Position numbers and translations under genes: made by a program. 64,000 nucleotides of DNA from Escherichia coli (GTDB lineage: Bacteria; Pseudomonadota; Gammaproteobacteria; Enterobacterales; Enterobacteriaceae), in NCBI RefSeq assembly GCF_003334815.1, contig NZ_QOWO01000005.1. The stretch is one strand, 5' to 3'. Shown in pieces: positions 44,130 to 56,263 of this stretch; position 1 is the first letter of the stretch; the number at the start of each line of letters is the position of its first letter. Under the pieces are notes generated by a model. The model did no database searches, was not told the origin of the DNA, and saw only the letters and a program-made list of their open reading frames with translations.

Positions 44130-45332
44130 ATGCGCATCCTTCACACCTCAGACTGGCATCTCGGCCAGAACTTCTACAGTAAAAGCCGCGAAGCTGAACA
44201 TCAGGCTTTTCTTGACTGGCTGCTGGAGACAGCACAAACCCATCAGGTGGATGCGATTATTGTTGCCGGTGATGTTTTCGATACCGGCTCGCCGCCCAGT
44301 TACGCCCGCACGTTATACAACCGTTTTGTTGTCAATTTACAGCAAACTGGCTGTCATCTGGTGGTACTGGCAGGAAACCATGACTCGGTCGCCACGCTGA
44401 ATGAATCGCGCGATATCATGGCGTTCCTCAATACTACCGTGGTCGCCAGCGCCGGACATGCGCCGCAAATCTTGCCTCGTCGCGACGGGACGCCAGGCGC
44501 AGTGCTGTGCCCCATTCCGTTTTTACGTCCGCGTGACATTATTACCAGCCAGGCGGGGCTTAACGGTATTGAAAAACAGCAGCATTTACTGGCAGCGATT
44601 ACCGATTATTACCAACAACACTATGCCGATGCCTGCAAACTGCGCGGCGATCAGCCTCTGCCCATCATCGCCACGGGACATTTAACGACCGTGGGGGCCA
44701 GTAAAAGTGACGCCGTGCGTGACATTTATATTGGCACGCTGGACGCGTTTCCGGCACAAAACTTTCCACCAGCCGACTACATCGCGCTCGGGCATATTCA
44801 CCGCGCACAGATTATTGGCGGCATGGAACATGTTCGCTATTGCGGCTCCCCCATTCCACTGAGTTTTGATGAATGCGGTAAGAGTAAATATGTCCATCTG
44901 GTGACATTTTCAAACGGCAAATTAGAGAGCGTGGAAAACCTGAACGTACCGGTAACGCAACCCATGGCAGTGCTGAAAGGCGATCTGGCGTCGATTACCG
45001 CACAGCTGGAACAGTGGCGCGATGTATCGCAGGAGCCACCTGTCTGGCTGGATATCGAAATCACTACTGATGAGTATCTGCATGATATTCAGCGCAAAAT
45101 CCAGGCATTAACCGAATCATTGCCTGTCGAAGTATTGCTGGTACGTCGGAGTCGTGAACAGCGCGAGCGTGTGTTAGCCAGCCAACAGCGTGAAACCCTC
45201 AGCGAACTCAGCGTCGAAGAGGTGTTCAATCGCCGTCTGGCACTGGAAGAACTGGATGAATCGCAGCAGCAACGTCTGCAGCATCTTTTCACCACGACGT
45301 TGCATACCCTCGCCGGAGAACACGAAGCATGA
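44130..45332 (+). CDS. sbcD: SbcD (Mre11-type) nuclease subunit of SbcCD
   Basis: Track ORF from 44088; trimmed to [21 protein letters not shown] (400 aa), calcineurin-like phosphoesterase motifs (DWH, GDVFD, GNHD). Confidence 0.95.
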   Translation: MRILHTSDWHLGQNFYSKSREAEHQAFLDWLLETAQTHQVDAIIVAGDVFDTGSPPSYARTLYNRFVVNLQQTGCHLVVLAGNHDSVATLNESRDIMAFLNTTVVASAGHAPQILPRRDGTPGAVLCPIPFLRPRDIITSQAGLNGIEKQQHLLAAITDYYQQHYADACKLRGDQPLPIIATGHLTTVGASKSDAVRDIYIGTLDAFPAQNFPPADYIALGHIHRAQIIGGMEHVRYCGSPIPLSFDECGKSKYVHLVTFSNGKLESVENLNVPVTQPMAVLKGDLASITAQLEQWRDVSQEPPVWLDIEITTDEYLHDIQRKIQALTESLPVEVLLVRRSREQRERVLASQQRETLSELSVEEVFNRRLALEELDESQQQRLQHLFTTTLHTLAGEHEA

Positions 45333-48300
45333 AAATTCTCAGCCTGCGCCTGAAAAACCTGAACTCATTAAAAGGCGAATGGAAGATTGATTTCACCCGC
45401 GAGCCGTTCGCCAGCAACGGGCTGTTTGCTATTACCGGCCCAACAGGTGCGGGGAAAACCACCCTGCTGGACGCCATTTGTCTGGCGCTGTATCACGAAA
45501 CTCCGCGTCTCTCTAACGTTTCACAATCGCAAAATGATCTCATGACCCGCGATACCGCCGAATGTCTGGCGGAGGTGGAGTTTGAAGTGAAAGGTGAAGC
45601 GTACCGTGCATTCTGGAGCCAGAATCGGGCGCGTAACCAACCCGACGGTAATTTGCAGGTGCCACGCGTAGAGCTGGCGCGCTGCGCCGACGGCAAAATT
45701 CTCGCCGACAAAGTGAAAGATAAGCTGGAACTGACAGCGACGTTAACCGGGCTGGATTACGGGCGCTTCACCCGTTCGATGCTGCTTTCGCAGGGGCAAT
45801 TTGCTGCCTTCCTGAATGCCAAACCCAAAGAACGCGCGGAATTGCTCGAGGAGTTAACCGGCACTGAAATCTACGGGCAAATCTCGGCGATGGTTTTTGA
45901 GCAGCACAAATCGGCCCGCACAGAGCTGGAGAAGCTGCAAGCGCAGGCCAGCGGCGTCACGTTGCTCACGCCGGAACAAGTGCAATCGCTGACAGCGAGT
46001 TTGCAGGTACTTACTGACGAAGAAAAACAGTTAATTACCGCGCAGCAGCAAGAACAACAATCGCTAAACTGGTTAACGCGTCAGGACGAATTGCAGCAAG
46101 AAGCCAGCCGCCGTCAGCAGGCCTTGCAACAGGCGTTAGCCGAAGAAGAAAAAGCGCAACCTCAACTGGCGGCGCTTAGTCTGGCACAACCGGCACGAAA
46201 TCTTCGTCCACACTGGGAACGCATCGCAGAACACAGCGCGGCGCTGGCGCATATTCGCCAGCAGATTGAAGAAGTAAATACTCGCTTACAGAGCACAATG
46301 GCGCTTCGCGCGAGCATTCGCCACCACGCGGCGAAGCAGTCAGCAGAATTACAGCAGCAGCAACAAAGCCTGAATACCTGGTTACAGGAACACGACCGCT
46401 TCCGTCAGTGGAACAACGAACCGGCGGGTTGGCGTGCGCAGTTCTCCCAACAAACCAGCGATCGCGAGCATCTGCGGCAATGGCAGCAACAGTTAACCCA
46501 TGCTGAGCAAAAACTTAATGCGCTTGCGGCGATCACGTTGACGTTAACCGCCGATGAAGTTGCTACCGCCCTGGCGCAACATGCTGAGCAACGCCCACTG
46601 CGTCAGCACCTGGTCGCGCTGCATGGACAGATTGTTCCCCAACAAAAACGTCTGGCGCAGTTACAGGTCGCTATCCAGAATGTCACGCAAGAACAGACGC
46701 AACGTAACGCCGCACTTAACGAAATGCGCCAGCGTTATAAAGAAAAGACGCAGCAACTTGCCGATGTGAAAACCATTTGCGAGCAGGAAGCGCGCATCAA
46801 AACGCTGGAAGCTCAACGTGCACAGTTACAGGCGGGTCAGCCTTGCCCACTTTGTGGTTCCACCAGCCACCCGGCGGTCGAGGCGTATCAGGCGCTGGAG
46901 CCTGGCGTTAATCAGTCTCGATTACTGGCGCTGGAAAACGAAGTTAAAAAGCTCGGTGAAGAAGGTGCGACGCTACGTGGGCAACTGGACGCCATAACAA
47001 AGCAGCTTCAGCGTGATGAAAACGAAGCGCAAAGCCTCCGACAAGATGAGCAAGCACTTACTCAACAATGGCAAGCCGTCACGGCCAGCCTCAATATCAC
47101 CTTGCAGCCACTGGACGATATTCAACCGTGGCTGGATGCACAAGATGAGCACGAACGCCAGCTGCGGTTACTCAGCCAACGGCATGAATTACAAGGGCAG
47201 ATTGCCGCGCATAATCAGCAAATTATCCAGTATCAACAGCAAATTGAACAACGCCAGCAACTACTTTTAACGACATTGACGGGTTATGCACTGACATTGC
47301 CACAGGAAGATGAAGAAGAGAGCTGGTTGGCGACACGTCAGCAAGAAGCGCAGAGCTGGCAGCAACGCCAGAACGAATTAACCGCGCTGCAAAACCGTAT
47401 TCAGCAGCTGACGCCGATTCTGGAAACGTTGCCGCAAAGTGATGAACTCCCGCACTGCGAAGAAACTGTGGTATTGGAAAACTGGCGGCAGGTACATGAA
47501 CAATGTCTCGCATTACACAGCCAGCAGCAGACGTTACAGCAACAGGATGTTCTGGCGGCGCAAAGTCTGCAAAAAGCCCAGGCGCAGTTTGACACCGCGC
47601 TACAGGCCAGCGTCTTTGACGATCAGCAGGCGTTCCTTGCGGCGCTAATGGATGAACAAACACTAACGCAGCTGGAACAGCTCAAGCAGAATCTGGAAAA
47701 CCAGCGCCGTCAGGCGCAAACTCTGGTCACTCAGACAGCAGAAACGCTGGCACAGCATCAACAACACCGACCTGACGACGGGTTGGCTCTCACTGTGACG
47801 GTGGAGCAGATTCAGCAAGAGTTAGCGCAAACTCACCAAAAGTTGCGTGAAAACACCACGAGTCAAGGCGAGATTCGCCAGCAGCTGAAGCAGGATGCAG
47901 ATAACCGTCAGCAACAACAAACCTTAATGCAGCAAATTGCTCAAATGACGCAGCAGGTTGAGGACTGGGGATATCTGAATTCGCTAATAGGTTCCAAAGA
48001 GGGCGATAAATTCCGCAAGTTTGCCCAGGGGCTGACGCTGGATAATTTAGTCCATCTCGCTAATCAGCAACTTACCCGGCTGCACGGGCGCTATCTGTTA
48101 CAGCGCAAAGCCAGCGAGGCGCTGGAAGTCGAGGTTGTTGATACCTGGCAGGCAGATGCGGTACGCGATACCCGTACCCTTTCCGGCGGCGAAAGTTTCC
48201 TCGTTAGTCTGGCGCTGGCGCTGGCGCTTTCGGATCTGGTCAGCCATAAAACACGTATTGACTCGCTGTTCCTTGATGAAGGTTTTGGCACGCTGGATAG

Positions 48301-48475
48301 CGAAACGCTGGATACCGCCCTTGATGCGCTGGATGCCCTGAACGCCAGTGGCAAAACCATCGGTGTGATTAGCCACGTAGAAGCGATGAAAGAGCGTATT
48401 CCGGTGCAGATCAAAGTGAAAAAGATCAACGGCCTGGGCTACAGCAAACTGGAAAGTACGTTTGCAGTGAAATAA
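45329..48475 (+). CDS. sbcC: SbcC (Rad50-type SMC-like) ATPase subunit of SbcCD
   Basis: 1048-aa ORF; Walker [10 protein letters not shown], long Q-rich coiled coil with central CPLCGS zinc hook, C-terminal signature LSGGE and Walker B; ATG overlaps sbcD stop (ATGA). Confidence 0.97.
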   Translation: MKILSLRLKNLNSLKGEWKIDFTREPFASNGLFAITGPTGAGKTTLLDAICLALYHETPRLSNVSQSQNDLMTRDTAECLAEVEFEVKGEAYRAFWSQNRARNQPDGNLQVPRVELARCADGKILADKVKDKLELTATLTGLDYGRFTRSMLLSQGQFAAFLNAKPKERAELLEELTGTEIYGQISAMVFEQHKSARTELEKLQAQASGVTLLTPEQVQSLTASLQVLTDEEKQLITAQQQEQQSLNWLTRQDELQQEASRRQQALQQALAEEEKAQPQLAALSLAQPARNLRPHWERIAEHSAALAHIRQQIEEVNTRLQSTMALRASIRHHAAKQSAELQQQQQSLNTWLQEHDRFRQWNNEPAGWRAQFSQQTSDREHLRQWQQQLTHAEQKLNALAAITLTLTADEVATALAQHAEQRPLRQHLVALHGQIVPQQKRLAQLQVAIQNVTQEQTQRNAALNEMRQRYKEKTQQLADVKTICEQEARIKTLEAQRAQLQAGQPCPLCGSTSHPAVEAYQALEPGVNQSRLLALENEVKKLGEEGATLRGQLDAITKQLQRDENEAQSLRQDEQALTQQWQAVTASLNITLQPLDDIQPWLDAQDEHERQLRLLSQRHELQGQIAAHNQQIIQYQQQIEQRQQLLLTTLTGYALTLPQEDEEESWLATRQQEAQSWQQRQNELTALQNRIQQLTPILETLPQSDELPHCEETVVLENWRQVHEQCLALHSQQQTLQQQDVLAAQSLQKAQAQFDTALQASVFDDQQAFLAALMDEQTLTQLEQLKQNLENQRRQAQTLVTQTAETLAQHQQHRPDDGLALTVTVEQIQQELAQTHQKLRENTTSQGEIRQQLKQDADNRQQQQTLMQQIAQMTQQVEDWGYLNSLIGSKEGDKFRKFAQGLTLDNLVHLANQQLTRLHGRYLLQRKASEALEVEVVDTWQADAVRDTRTLSGGESFLVSLALALALSDLVSHKTRIDSLFLDEGFGTLDSETLDTALDALDALNASGKTIGVISHVEAMKERIPVQIKVKKINGLGYSKLESTFAVK

Positions 48476-48600
48476 CTATTCAGCAGGATAATGAATACAG
48501 AGGGGCGAATTATCTCTTGGCCTTGCTGGTCGTTATCCTGCAAGCTATCACTTTATTGGCTACGGTGATTGGTAGCCGTTCTGGTGGTTGTGATGGTGGT

Positions 48601-49785
48601 ATGAAAAAAGTCATTTTATCTTTGGCTCTGGGCACGTTTGGTTTGGGGATGGCCGAATTTGGCATTATGGGCGTGCTCACGGAGCTGGCGCATAACGTAG
48701 GAATTTCGATTCCTGCCGCCGGGCATATGATCTCGTATTATGCACTGGGGGTGGTGGTCGGTGCGCCAATCATCGCACTCTTTTCCAGCCGCTACTCACT
48801 CAAACATATCTTGTTGTTTCTGGTGGCGTTGTGCGTCATTGGCAACGCCATGTTCACGCTCTCTTCGTCTTACCTGATGCTCGCCATTGGTCGGCTGGTA
48901 TCCGGCTTTCCGCATGGCGCATTTTTTGGCGTCGGAGCGATCGTGTTATCAAAAATTATCAAACCCGGAAAAGTCACCGCCGCCGTGGCGGGGATGGTTT
49001 CCGGGATGACAGTCGCCAATTTGCTGGGCATTCCGCTGGGAACGTATTTAAGTCAGGAATTTAGCTGGCGTTACACCTTTTTATTGATCGCTGTTTTTAA
49101 TATTGCGGTGATGGCATCGGTCTATTTTTGGGTGCCAGATATTCGCGACGAGGCGAAAGGAAATCTGCGCGAACAATTTCACTTTTTGCGCAGCCCGGCC
49201 CCGTGGTTAATTTTCGCCGCCACGATGTTTGGCAACGCAGGTGTGTTTGCCTGGTTCAGCTACGTAAAGCCATACATGATGTTTATTTCCGGTTTTTCGG
49301 AAACGGCGATGACCTTTATTATGATGTTAGTTGGGCTAGGGATGGTGCTGGGAAATATGCTAAGTGGCAGGATTTCAGGACGTTATTCACCACTGCGCAT
49401 TGCAGCAGTGACTGACTTTATAATTGTACTGGCACTGCTGATGCTCTTTTTCTGCGGCGGCATGAAAACAACGTCGCTTATTTTTGCTTTTATTTGTTGC
49501 GCGGGATTATTTGCCCTTTCAGCACCGCTACAAATATTGTTACTACAAAACGCCAAAGGCGGAGAGTTATTAGGTGCCGCAGGTGGGCAAATAGCGTTTA
49601 ACCTCGGTAGCGCCGTCGGCGCATATTGCGGAGGTATGATGCTGACGCTGGGGCTGGCATATAATTACGTGGCGCTGCCTGCCGCCCTGCTTTCGTTTGC
49701 TGCGATGTCGTCGTTGCTGCTGTATGGTCGCTATAAGCGCCAGCAAGCGGCGGATACTCCGGTGCTGGCGAAACCACTGGGGTAG
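48601..49785 (+). CDS. araJ: AraJ MFS transporter (arabinose-inducible)
   Basis: Track ORF from 48517; trimmed to MKKVILSLALGTFGLGMAEFGIMGVL (394 aa). Confidence 0.92.
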   Translation: MKKVILSLALGTFGLGMAEFGIMGVLTELAHNVGISIPAAGHMISYYALGVVVGAPIIALFSSRYSLKHILLFLVALCVIGNAMFTLSSSYLMLAIGRLVSGFPHGAFFGVGAIVLSKIIKPGKVTAAVAGMVSGMTVANLLGIPLGTYLSQEFSWRYTFLLIAVFNIAVMASVYFWVPDIRDEAKGNLREQFHFLRSPAPWLIFAATMFGNAGVFAWFSYVKPYMMFISGFSETAMTFIMMLVGLGMVLGNMLSGRISGRYSPLRIAAVTDFIIVLALLMLFFCGGMKTTSLIFAFICCAGLFALSAPLQILLLQNAKGGELLGAAGGQIAFNLGSAVGAYCGGMMLTLGLAYNYVALPAALLSFAAMSSLLLYGRYKRQQAADTPVLAKPLG

Positions 49786-49805
49786 GTTATAGTCTCGGTG
49801 CTCAT

Positions 49806-50012
49806 TACTTATTGCCGGATGCGGCGTGAACGCCTTATCCGCCCTACGCGGTTCTGGCACATTTTGCAGGCCTGATAAGACGCGGCAAGCGTCGCATCAG
49901 GCATCGGAGCACTTATTGCCGGATGCGGCGTGAACGCCTTATCCGGCCTACGGTTCTGGCACCTTTTGTAGGCCTGATAAGACGCGGCAAGCGTCGCATC
50001 AGGCATGATGCG
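49806..50012. repeat. BIME cluster: about 106-bp unit (two opposed REPs) present twice in tandem between convergent araJ and mak
   Basis: cttattgccggatgcggcgtgaacgccttatccg..ctggcac..ttt.gcaggcctgataagacgcggcaagcgtcgcatcaggcat repeated with few mismatches starting at about 49806 and 49912. Confidence 0.85.
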
Positions 50013-50029
50013 CCAATTGCCTACGTTTT

Positions 50030-50938
50030 TTACTCTTGTGGCCATAACCACGCAGCGCCGCGTACGCCGCTGGAATCACCGTGCTTCGCCTTACGCACCG
50101 GCGTTTCACATTCGCCGCCGAAGACAAATTGTTTAATCAACTGCCCAACCGTTTGATATAAACGGTCTACATTGCTCATCCCGCCCCCCAGGACAATCAC
50201 ATCCGGATCGAGAATATTCACGACATGTGCCAGCGATTTTGCCAGCCGCAGCTCGTAGCGACGCAATGCCAGTTCCGCTACCGGATCGCTTTCTTCAACC
50301 AGGCGGATAATTTCACTGCCTTTCAGCGCATGTCCGCTCAAACGACGATAATCCATCGCGAATCCCGTGCCCGAAATAAAGGTTTCAATACAACCTTGTT
50401 TACCGCAATAACAAGGGACTTCCTCGCGATAACGCAGTTCGTCTTCGTCCATCCACGGTAGCGGATTGTGTCCCCACTCACCTGCCGTGCCATTGCCGCC
50501 GATATGCGCCCGCCCATTGAATGCCACGCCCGCGCCGCATCCCGTGCCGATAATCACGGCAAATACCGTCTGCGCTCCCGCTGCCGCGCCATCTACTGCT
50601 TCTGAAACCGCCAGACAGTTAGCGTCATTTGCCAGCCGCACTTCCCGCTGCAACCTCGCGCTTAAGTCTTTATCGAATGGCTGACCGTTGAGCCAGGTTG
50701 AATTGGCATTCTTCACCACACCGGTGTAAGGCGAAATTGAGCCAGGAATGCCCATACCTACCGTTCCGCGCTGCCCCGTCGCCTGCTCCGCCATATCAAC
50801 CAACGTGGCGATCGTTTCAATAGTCTGCCGGTAATCATCACGCGGCGTGGGCAGACGATGGCGGTACAACTGCTCCCCTGCATCGCCCAGTGCAATCACT
50901 TCAGTTTTGGTGCCGCCTAAATCGATACCTATACGCAC
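50030..50938 (-). CDS. mak: Mak manno(fructo)kinase, ROK family
   Basis: Track ORF to 51076; conserved N-terminus (M)[18 protein letters not shown] begins at GTG 50938 (302 aa). Confidence 0.92.
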
Positions 50939-51062
50939 GGTACTCTCCTTATTTTTTTCAATATCAATAGCGTAGAGACGGACAACCGGATTGGCAATGC
51001 AAGGCCGCCGACAATTCGTTATCATGCCCGCTAAATTTAACGACAAGGCCGTGGAAATTATC

Positions 51063-51974
51063 ATGCTGTGGTTCAAAAATTTAATGGTTTACCGTCTTAG
51101 CCGCGAGATTTCGCTGCGTGCAGAAGAGATGGAAAAACAGCTAGCCTCGATGGCATTTACCCCATGCGGCAGCCAGGACATGGCGAAGATGGGCTGGGTT
51201 CCTCCGATGGGATCGCACAGCGATGCGTTAACGCACGTTGCCAATGGTCAAATTGTTATCTGCGCGCGCAAAGAAGAAAAAATCCTCCCGTCTCCGGTGA
51301 TTAAACAGGCGCTGGAAGCGAAAATCGCCAAACTGGAAGCGGAACAGGCGCGTAAGCTGAAGAAAACCGAAAAAGATTCGCTGAAAGACGAAGTGCTGCA
51401 CTCTCTGCTGCCGCGTGCTTTCAGCCGTTTTAGCCAGACAATGATGTGGATCGACACGGTTAACGGTTTGATTATGGTGGACTGCGCCAGTGCCAAAAAA
51501 GCGGAAGATACGCTGGCATTACTGCGTAAAAGCCTGGGGTCGTTACCGGTTGTACCATTGAGCATGGAAAACCCGATTGAACTGACGCTGACCGAATGGG
51601 TTCGCTCCGGTAGTGCGGCACAGGGCTTCCAGCTGCTTGATGAAGCCGAGCTGAAATCGTTGCTGGAAGATGGCGGCGTGATCCGCGCGAAGAAACAAGA
51701 TCTGACCAGCGAAGAGATCACCAATCACATTGAAGCCGGAAAAGTGGTGACTAAACTGGCGCTCGACTGGCAGCAGCGCATTCAGTTTGTGATGTGCGAC
51801 GATGGTTCGCTCAAGCGTCTGAAGTTCTGCGACGAGCTGCGCGATCAAAACGAAGATATCGACCGTGAAGATTTCGCCCAGCGTTTTGATGCCGATTTCA
51901 TCCTGATGACTGGTGAACTGGCAGCGTTAATTCAAAACCTGATTGAAGGATTAGGTGGCGAAGCACAACGTTAA
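51063..51974 (+). CDS. rdgC: RdgC recombination-associated protein
   Basis: Track ORF from 50991; trimmed to [27 protein letters not shown] (303 aa). Confidence 0.93.
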
Positions 51975-51993
51975 TTGCTGATTTTCCTTTAAT

Positions 51994-52028
51994 GCCGGAT
52001 GCGACGCCTGCCGCGTCTTATCCGGCGT
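51994..52028. repeat. REP element between rdgC and ykiA
   Basis: gccggatgcgacgcctgccgcgtcttatccggcgt palindromic unit. Confidence 0.75.
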
Positions 52029-52131
52029 ACGAAGCCACACCAGGCATATAATTATTCGCTACGGCGAGCAATAATTTTTAGCGCAGCAATATTATGCGTT
52101 TTACGCTGTAACTTGCTCCATGGACGTTGTG

Positions 52132-52413
52132 TCATTGTTTTTCCTCAAGCCGGTGACGCGCTTCACTGCGAATTTTCCGCGTTGCCCCGGTTTTCACTAA
52201 ATCACGTAACAGCGAAAGATCGGGTTGTTCGACAAATAAGAGTAATGATGGATCCTCTTTTAACCACGCCGTTTTCACATCGGCAGCCAGCTGTGGATTA
52301 TTAATAGCCAGCGACCGATCCTGAGGCTCAGTCAATGTCGTTAACAACAACGCCGGGGTATGTGCGTTGCGCAATGCCGTTTGGCGTAAATGATCATTGC
52401 GACTTTGCAGCAA
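52132..52413 (-). CDS. ykiA: Small conserved hypothetical protein (ykiA position)
   Basis: 93-aa ORF at the position of ykiA in K-12 gene order; no recognisable motifs; start codon uncertain. Confidence 0.5.
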   Translation of the reverse strand: MLQSRNDHLRQTALRNAHTPALLLTTLTEPQDRSLAINNPQLAADVKTAWLKEDPSLLLFVEQPDLSLLRDLVKTGATRKIRSEARHRLEEKQ

Positions 52414-52620
52414 TGCACGCCACCATTCATCATCTGATTTATCTTTTATCGTAGCCAGTTCCGCAACAATATCTGGAGATCTTCACTGATATTTATATCA
52501 ACCTTGATAAATTATGAATATATCGGAAATTGAAAAAATCGCAGCAAAGGAAATATTATTATGGGCTAAAGAAAGGATATTTCAGAAAAATGCCCTCCCG
52601 TTCAAGGGGAAGGCGAGGAA

Positions 52621-52905
52621 TTACAGATAGCGGCACAGATAAGAGGTGGGTTCGGCAACTTGCAGATGAAACTCACTGTGACCGGGAACATTAAACACCG
52701 AACCGGCTTCATACACCTGCCAGTCGGTCGCGTCAGGCAGTAACACATTCAGCGCGCCACTGATTACCGTCATCTCTTCCGGCTCAGCGGTGCTGAAGGT
52801 GTATTCGCCTTCAACCATAACACCCACGCTGGCGCGACCAGTGCTGCTGCTGGAAAAGCCGATTGATTTCACTTTGCCGGAAAAGTACTCATTACTTTGA
52901 AGCAT
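52621..52905 (-). CDS. ppnP: PpnP (YaiE) pyrimidine/purine nucleoside phosphorylase
   Basis: 94-aa [33 protein letters not shown]. Confidence 0.93.
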
Positions 52906-52976
52906 AAACTGGCCCTGTTTGGTAGTTGAACATCTACTTCACTATAGGGGCCAGAGGCGCTGGCTGTCACGCAAAA

Positions 52977-53654
52977 TTACACCAGTAATTCCGCAGCCAG
53001 CCGTGCAATCAATACGTTAGACAGCAAGACAGGAACATCGAGCTGTTTTTGCAGTAAATCGCGATGACGTTGGTGAAATCCTAAACAATCCAGCATGATG
53101 ACATCAGCCCCTTTTGCCAGTAATTCTTTCCCGGCATCAATGATTTTTTGTTCTGAATCATGAATGGGGTTACCCAATGAAAATACCGGCGATTTCTGCA
53201 AAATTTGCCATTTTTGCGCCTGAACGGGCAGCATCTCCTCAACCGGAACGATAACCCCCACCTGATGATCTTCAACAATAGAGGAAACCAGTGGAGGCAA
53301 TATTCGCGACGGCTCAAGAAAGATCGTATTACGCGCAGTCATACTACTAATGTTTGCTGTACTCATTAATAAAATGACGTCATAACCCTGATTATCGAGC
53401 ACTTCAACCACACCTTGCAGGTCACGCTCCACTTTGCGACGCGAAACATGGGCCAGCTGGTTGTCATTTAATAATGTGAGAATGGTGTCTTCGCCTGCTT
53501 CTGGCGCGTACTCCGCCATCACTTCTTCACGACTTAACTTCCCCAGCAGGCTATGATGGGAAATATTATCTTCGTCAATGTATTCCGTCAGGAGCGGCAA
53601 AACTTCCTGCATAGGTACAATGCCGATGGTCAGGATCGCCAACGACGCACTCAT
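52977..53654 (-). CDS. aroM: AroM protein
   Basis: 225-aa [33 protein letters not shown]. Confidence 0.92.
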
Positions 53655-53911
53655 TGTTCATCCACCTTACTTTTCTTTCGTCGTTAATTACCGGGCAAGT
53701 GTGAAGCACCACTGCTGACACTTACTTGTGCTACAAATGACAAAAAGCGTAGCAGCAGACGTGCACGGCATAATGTAAAGATTCCAAATGATTCCAGTAA
53801 TGGATTGTTATTGTTTAATATTCTAATTATTAGAAAAACATGAATTATGAAAAATGTGACGCAGATCCCTTGTAGTGGCACTCAGAATCCCTTCCGAGCA
53901 GTCTGATGCGG

Positions 53912-54112
<201 letters not shown>

Positions 54113-54152
54113 TTATTTCACGGGATGAACGTTAAGTATAGGCGCTCGAAAA

Positions 54153-54677
54153 TCAACAATTGATCGTCTGTGCCAGGGCGCTGCGAATTTCAGAAATCAC
54201 CTGGCTGGGTTCGTTTGTTGCGTCGATGATAATATGCGCAACTTCGCGATATAGCGCATCGCGTTCTTCCAGCACTTCCTGAACTTCTTCGCTCAGCGGT
54301 TTTCCCGTTAAGGTTGGCCGTAAATCTTCTTCCGGTGCAGCTTGCAGTCGGTTAACCAGGACTGATACTGGCGCACACAAATAAACCACGATCCCGTTAT
54401 TTTGCATGAAGTGACGATTAAATTCCGTCAGAATAATGCCGCCGCCTGTAGCGATAACGGTGGATGGCGCAGTTACCGCTTCCAGCGCCGCCGTTTCTCT
54501 GGCGCGAAATCCCGCCCACTCTTCCCTTTCGACGATCTCCGCGACCGTCATATTGAGCTGTGATTGCAACCACTGATCGGTATCGACAAACCGACGGTTA
54601 AGCGAATCGGCAAGGGCCATTCCGACCGTTGTTTTACCACAGCCCCGAGGCCCGATCAGAAAAAGAGGTTGTGTCAT
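54153..54677 (-). CDS. aroL: Shikimate kinase II
   Basis: 174-aa [37 protein letters not shown] (P-loop GPRGCGKTT). Confidence 0.97.
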
Positions 54678-54741
54678 CGTGGGTTTTCCCCAATAGGTCG
54701 CAATGCGGCGAAAGCCGGTGTCATGAGAATAGCGATCATAC

Positions 54742-54755
54742 CATCAAACTAGTAC
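54742..54755 (-). promoter_or_regulatory. Possible TrpR operator half-site in aroL control region
   Basis: GTACTAGTTTGATG on minus strand (ACTAGT core); aroL is a known TrpR target. Consensus match only. Confidence 0.3.
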
Positions 54756-54764
54756 AATTTCGAT

Positions 54765-54782
54765 TGTAAAGAAAAAATTCCA
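54765..54782 (-). promoter_or_regulatory. Weak TyrR box upstream of aroL
   Basis: TGTAAAgaaaaaATTCCA, partial match to TGTAAA-N6-TTTACA. Confidence 0.3.
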
Positions 54783-54840
54783 CTTAAAGTGAAAATCTCA
54801 ATACACCCCTTACTATACCAATAAATATTCAAGAATGAAG

Positions 54841-54858
54841 TGTAAATAATAAATTACA
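54841..54858 (-). promoter_or_regulatory. Strong TyrR box upstream of aroL
   Basis: TGTAAAtaataaATTACA, near-perfect match to TGTAAA-N6-TTTACA. Confidence 0.55.
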
Positions 54859-54859
54859 T

Positions 54860-55318
54860 TTAGCCACGACTACGTTGCACTTCCAGCCACCACTTCTCCA
54901 GCTCCGCGGCAAAGGCCTGGCGGTCACGTTGTGAAAGGCTATCTGGTCCGCCGGTCTGGATCCCACTGGCACGTAAGGTATCCATAAAATCGCGCATCGT
55001 CAGGCGCTCACGAATGGTCGCTGGCGTGTAACGTTCGCCGCGCGGATTAAGCGCCGCAGCGCCTTTCTCGATGGCTTCAGCAGCCAAAGGTATATCTGCG
55101 GTGATCACCAAATCGCCCGCTTCACACTGCCGGACAATTTCGTTATCGGCAACGTCGAAACCTGCCGCGACGCGCAGCGTACGAATAAATCGCGATGGCG
55201 GCACGCGTAAACTCTGGTTTGCTACCAGTACCAGCGGCATCTGCATACGTTCCGCCGCGCGATACAAAATCTCTTTAATTACATTGGGACACGCGTCGGC
55301 ATCCACCCAAATTGTCAT
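54860..55318 (-). CDS. yaiI: YaiI (UPF0178/DUF188) protein
   Basis: Track ORF to 55438; trimmed to [26 protein letters not shown] (152 aa). Confidence 0.9.
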   Translation of the reverse strand: MTIWVDADACPNVIKEILYRAAERMQMPLVLVANQSLRVPPSRFIRTLRVAAGFDVADNEIVRQCEAGDLVITADIPLAAEAIEKGAAALNPRGERYTPATIRERLTMRDFMDTLRASGIQTGGPDSLSQRDRQAFAAELEKWWLEVQRSRG

Positions 55319-55437
55319 AAAGTCATCCTTTGTTGGGTAATCCTCTATTGTGTCGCGCTTTTGCCTTCCGGCATAGTTCTGTTTATGCTTCTGCCAGCGA
55401 TTATCAAAACAATGAATTTCACGGCAGGAGTGAGGCA

Positions 55438-56247
55438 ATGGAAAAGAAAATCGGTTTTATTGGCTGCGGCAATATGGGAAAAGCCATTCTCGGCGGTCTG
55501 ATTGCCAGCGGTCAGGTGCTTCCAGGGCAAATCTGGGTATACACCCCCTCCCCGGATAAAGTCGCCGCCCTGCATGACCAGTTCGGCATCAACGCCGCAG
55601 AATCGGCGCAAGAAGTGGCGCAAATCGCCGACATCATTTTTGCTGCCGTTAAACCTGGCATCATGATTAAAGTGCTTAGCGAAATCACCTCCAGCCTGAA
55701 TAAAGACTCTCTGGTCGTTTCTATTGCTGCAGGTGTCACGCTCGACCAGCTTGCCCGCGCGCTGGGCCATGACCGGAAAATTATCCGCGCCATGCCGAAC
55801 ACTCCCGCACTGGTTAATGCCGGGATGACCTCCGTAACGCCAAACGCGCTGGTAACCCCAGAAGATACCGCTGATGTGCTGAATATTTTCCGCTGCTTTG
55901 GCGAAGCGGAAGTAATTGCTGAGCCGATGATCCACCCGGTGGTCGGTGTGAGCGGTTCTTCGCCAGCCTACGTATTTATGTTTATCGAAGCGATGGCCGA
56001 CGCCGCCGTGCTGGGCGGGATGCCACGCGCCCAGGCGTATAAATTTGCCGCTCAGGCGGTAATGGGTTCCGCAAAAATGGTGCTGGAAACGGGAGAACAT
56101 CCGGGGGCACTGAAAGATATGGTCTGCTCACCGGGAGGCACCACCATTGAAGCGGTACGCGTACTGGAAGAGAAAGGCTTCCGTGCTGCAGTGATCGAAG
56201 CGATGACGAAGTGTATGGAAAAATCAGAAAAACTCAGCAAATCCTGA
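55438..56247 (+). CDS. proC: Pyrroline-5-carboxylate reductase
   Basis: Track ORF from 55330; trimmed to [21 protein letters not shown] (269 aa; Rossmann GxGxxG). Confidence 0.96.
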   Translation: MEKKIGFIGCGNMGKAILGGLIASGQVLPGQIWVYTPSPDKVAALHDQFGINAAESAQEVAQIADIIFAAVKPGIMIKVLSEITSSLNKDSLVVSIAAGVTLDQLARALGHDRKIIRAMPNTPALVNAGMTSVTPNALVTPEDTADVLNIFRCFGEAEVIAEPMIHPVVGVSGSSPAYVFMFIEAMADAAVLGGMPRAQAYKFAAQAVMGSAKMVLETGEHPGALKDMVCSPGGTTIEAVRVLEEKGFRAAVIEAMTKCMEKSEKLSKS

Positions 56248-56263
56248 TGACTTTCGCCGGACG

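Noticed and set aside
49806-50012. Possible CRISPR array suggested by regularly repeated ~35-bp GC-rich palindromes
   Set aside because: The repeats are classical REP palindromes arranged as BIMEs (alternating orientation, no unique spacers of constant length, no cas genes nearby); not CRISPR.
52514-52630. 38-codon + strand ORF ([38 protein letters not shown]) between ykiA and ppnP
   Set aside because: No Shine-Dalgarno, lies in AT-rich spacer, and overlaps the 3' end of convergent ppnP; most likely a chance frame.
53684-53881. 65-codon minus-strand ORF between aroM and yaiA
   Set aside because: Within the aroL-yaiA-aroM inter-cistronic spacer, AT-rich, no recognisable motifs or ribosome-binding site; treated as non-coding.
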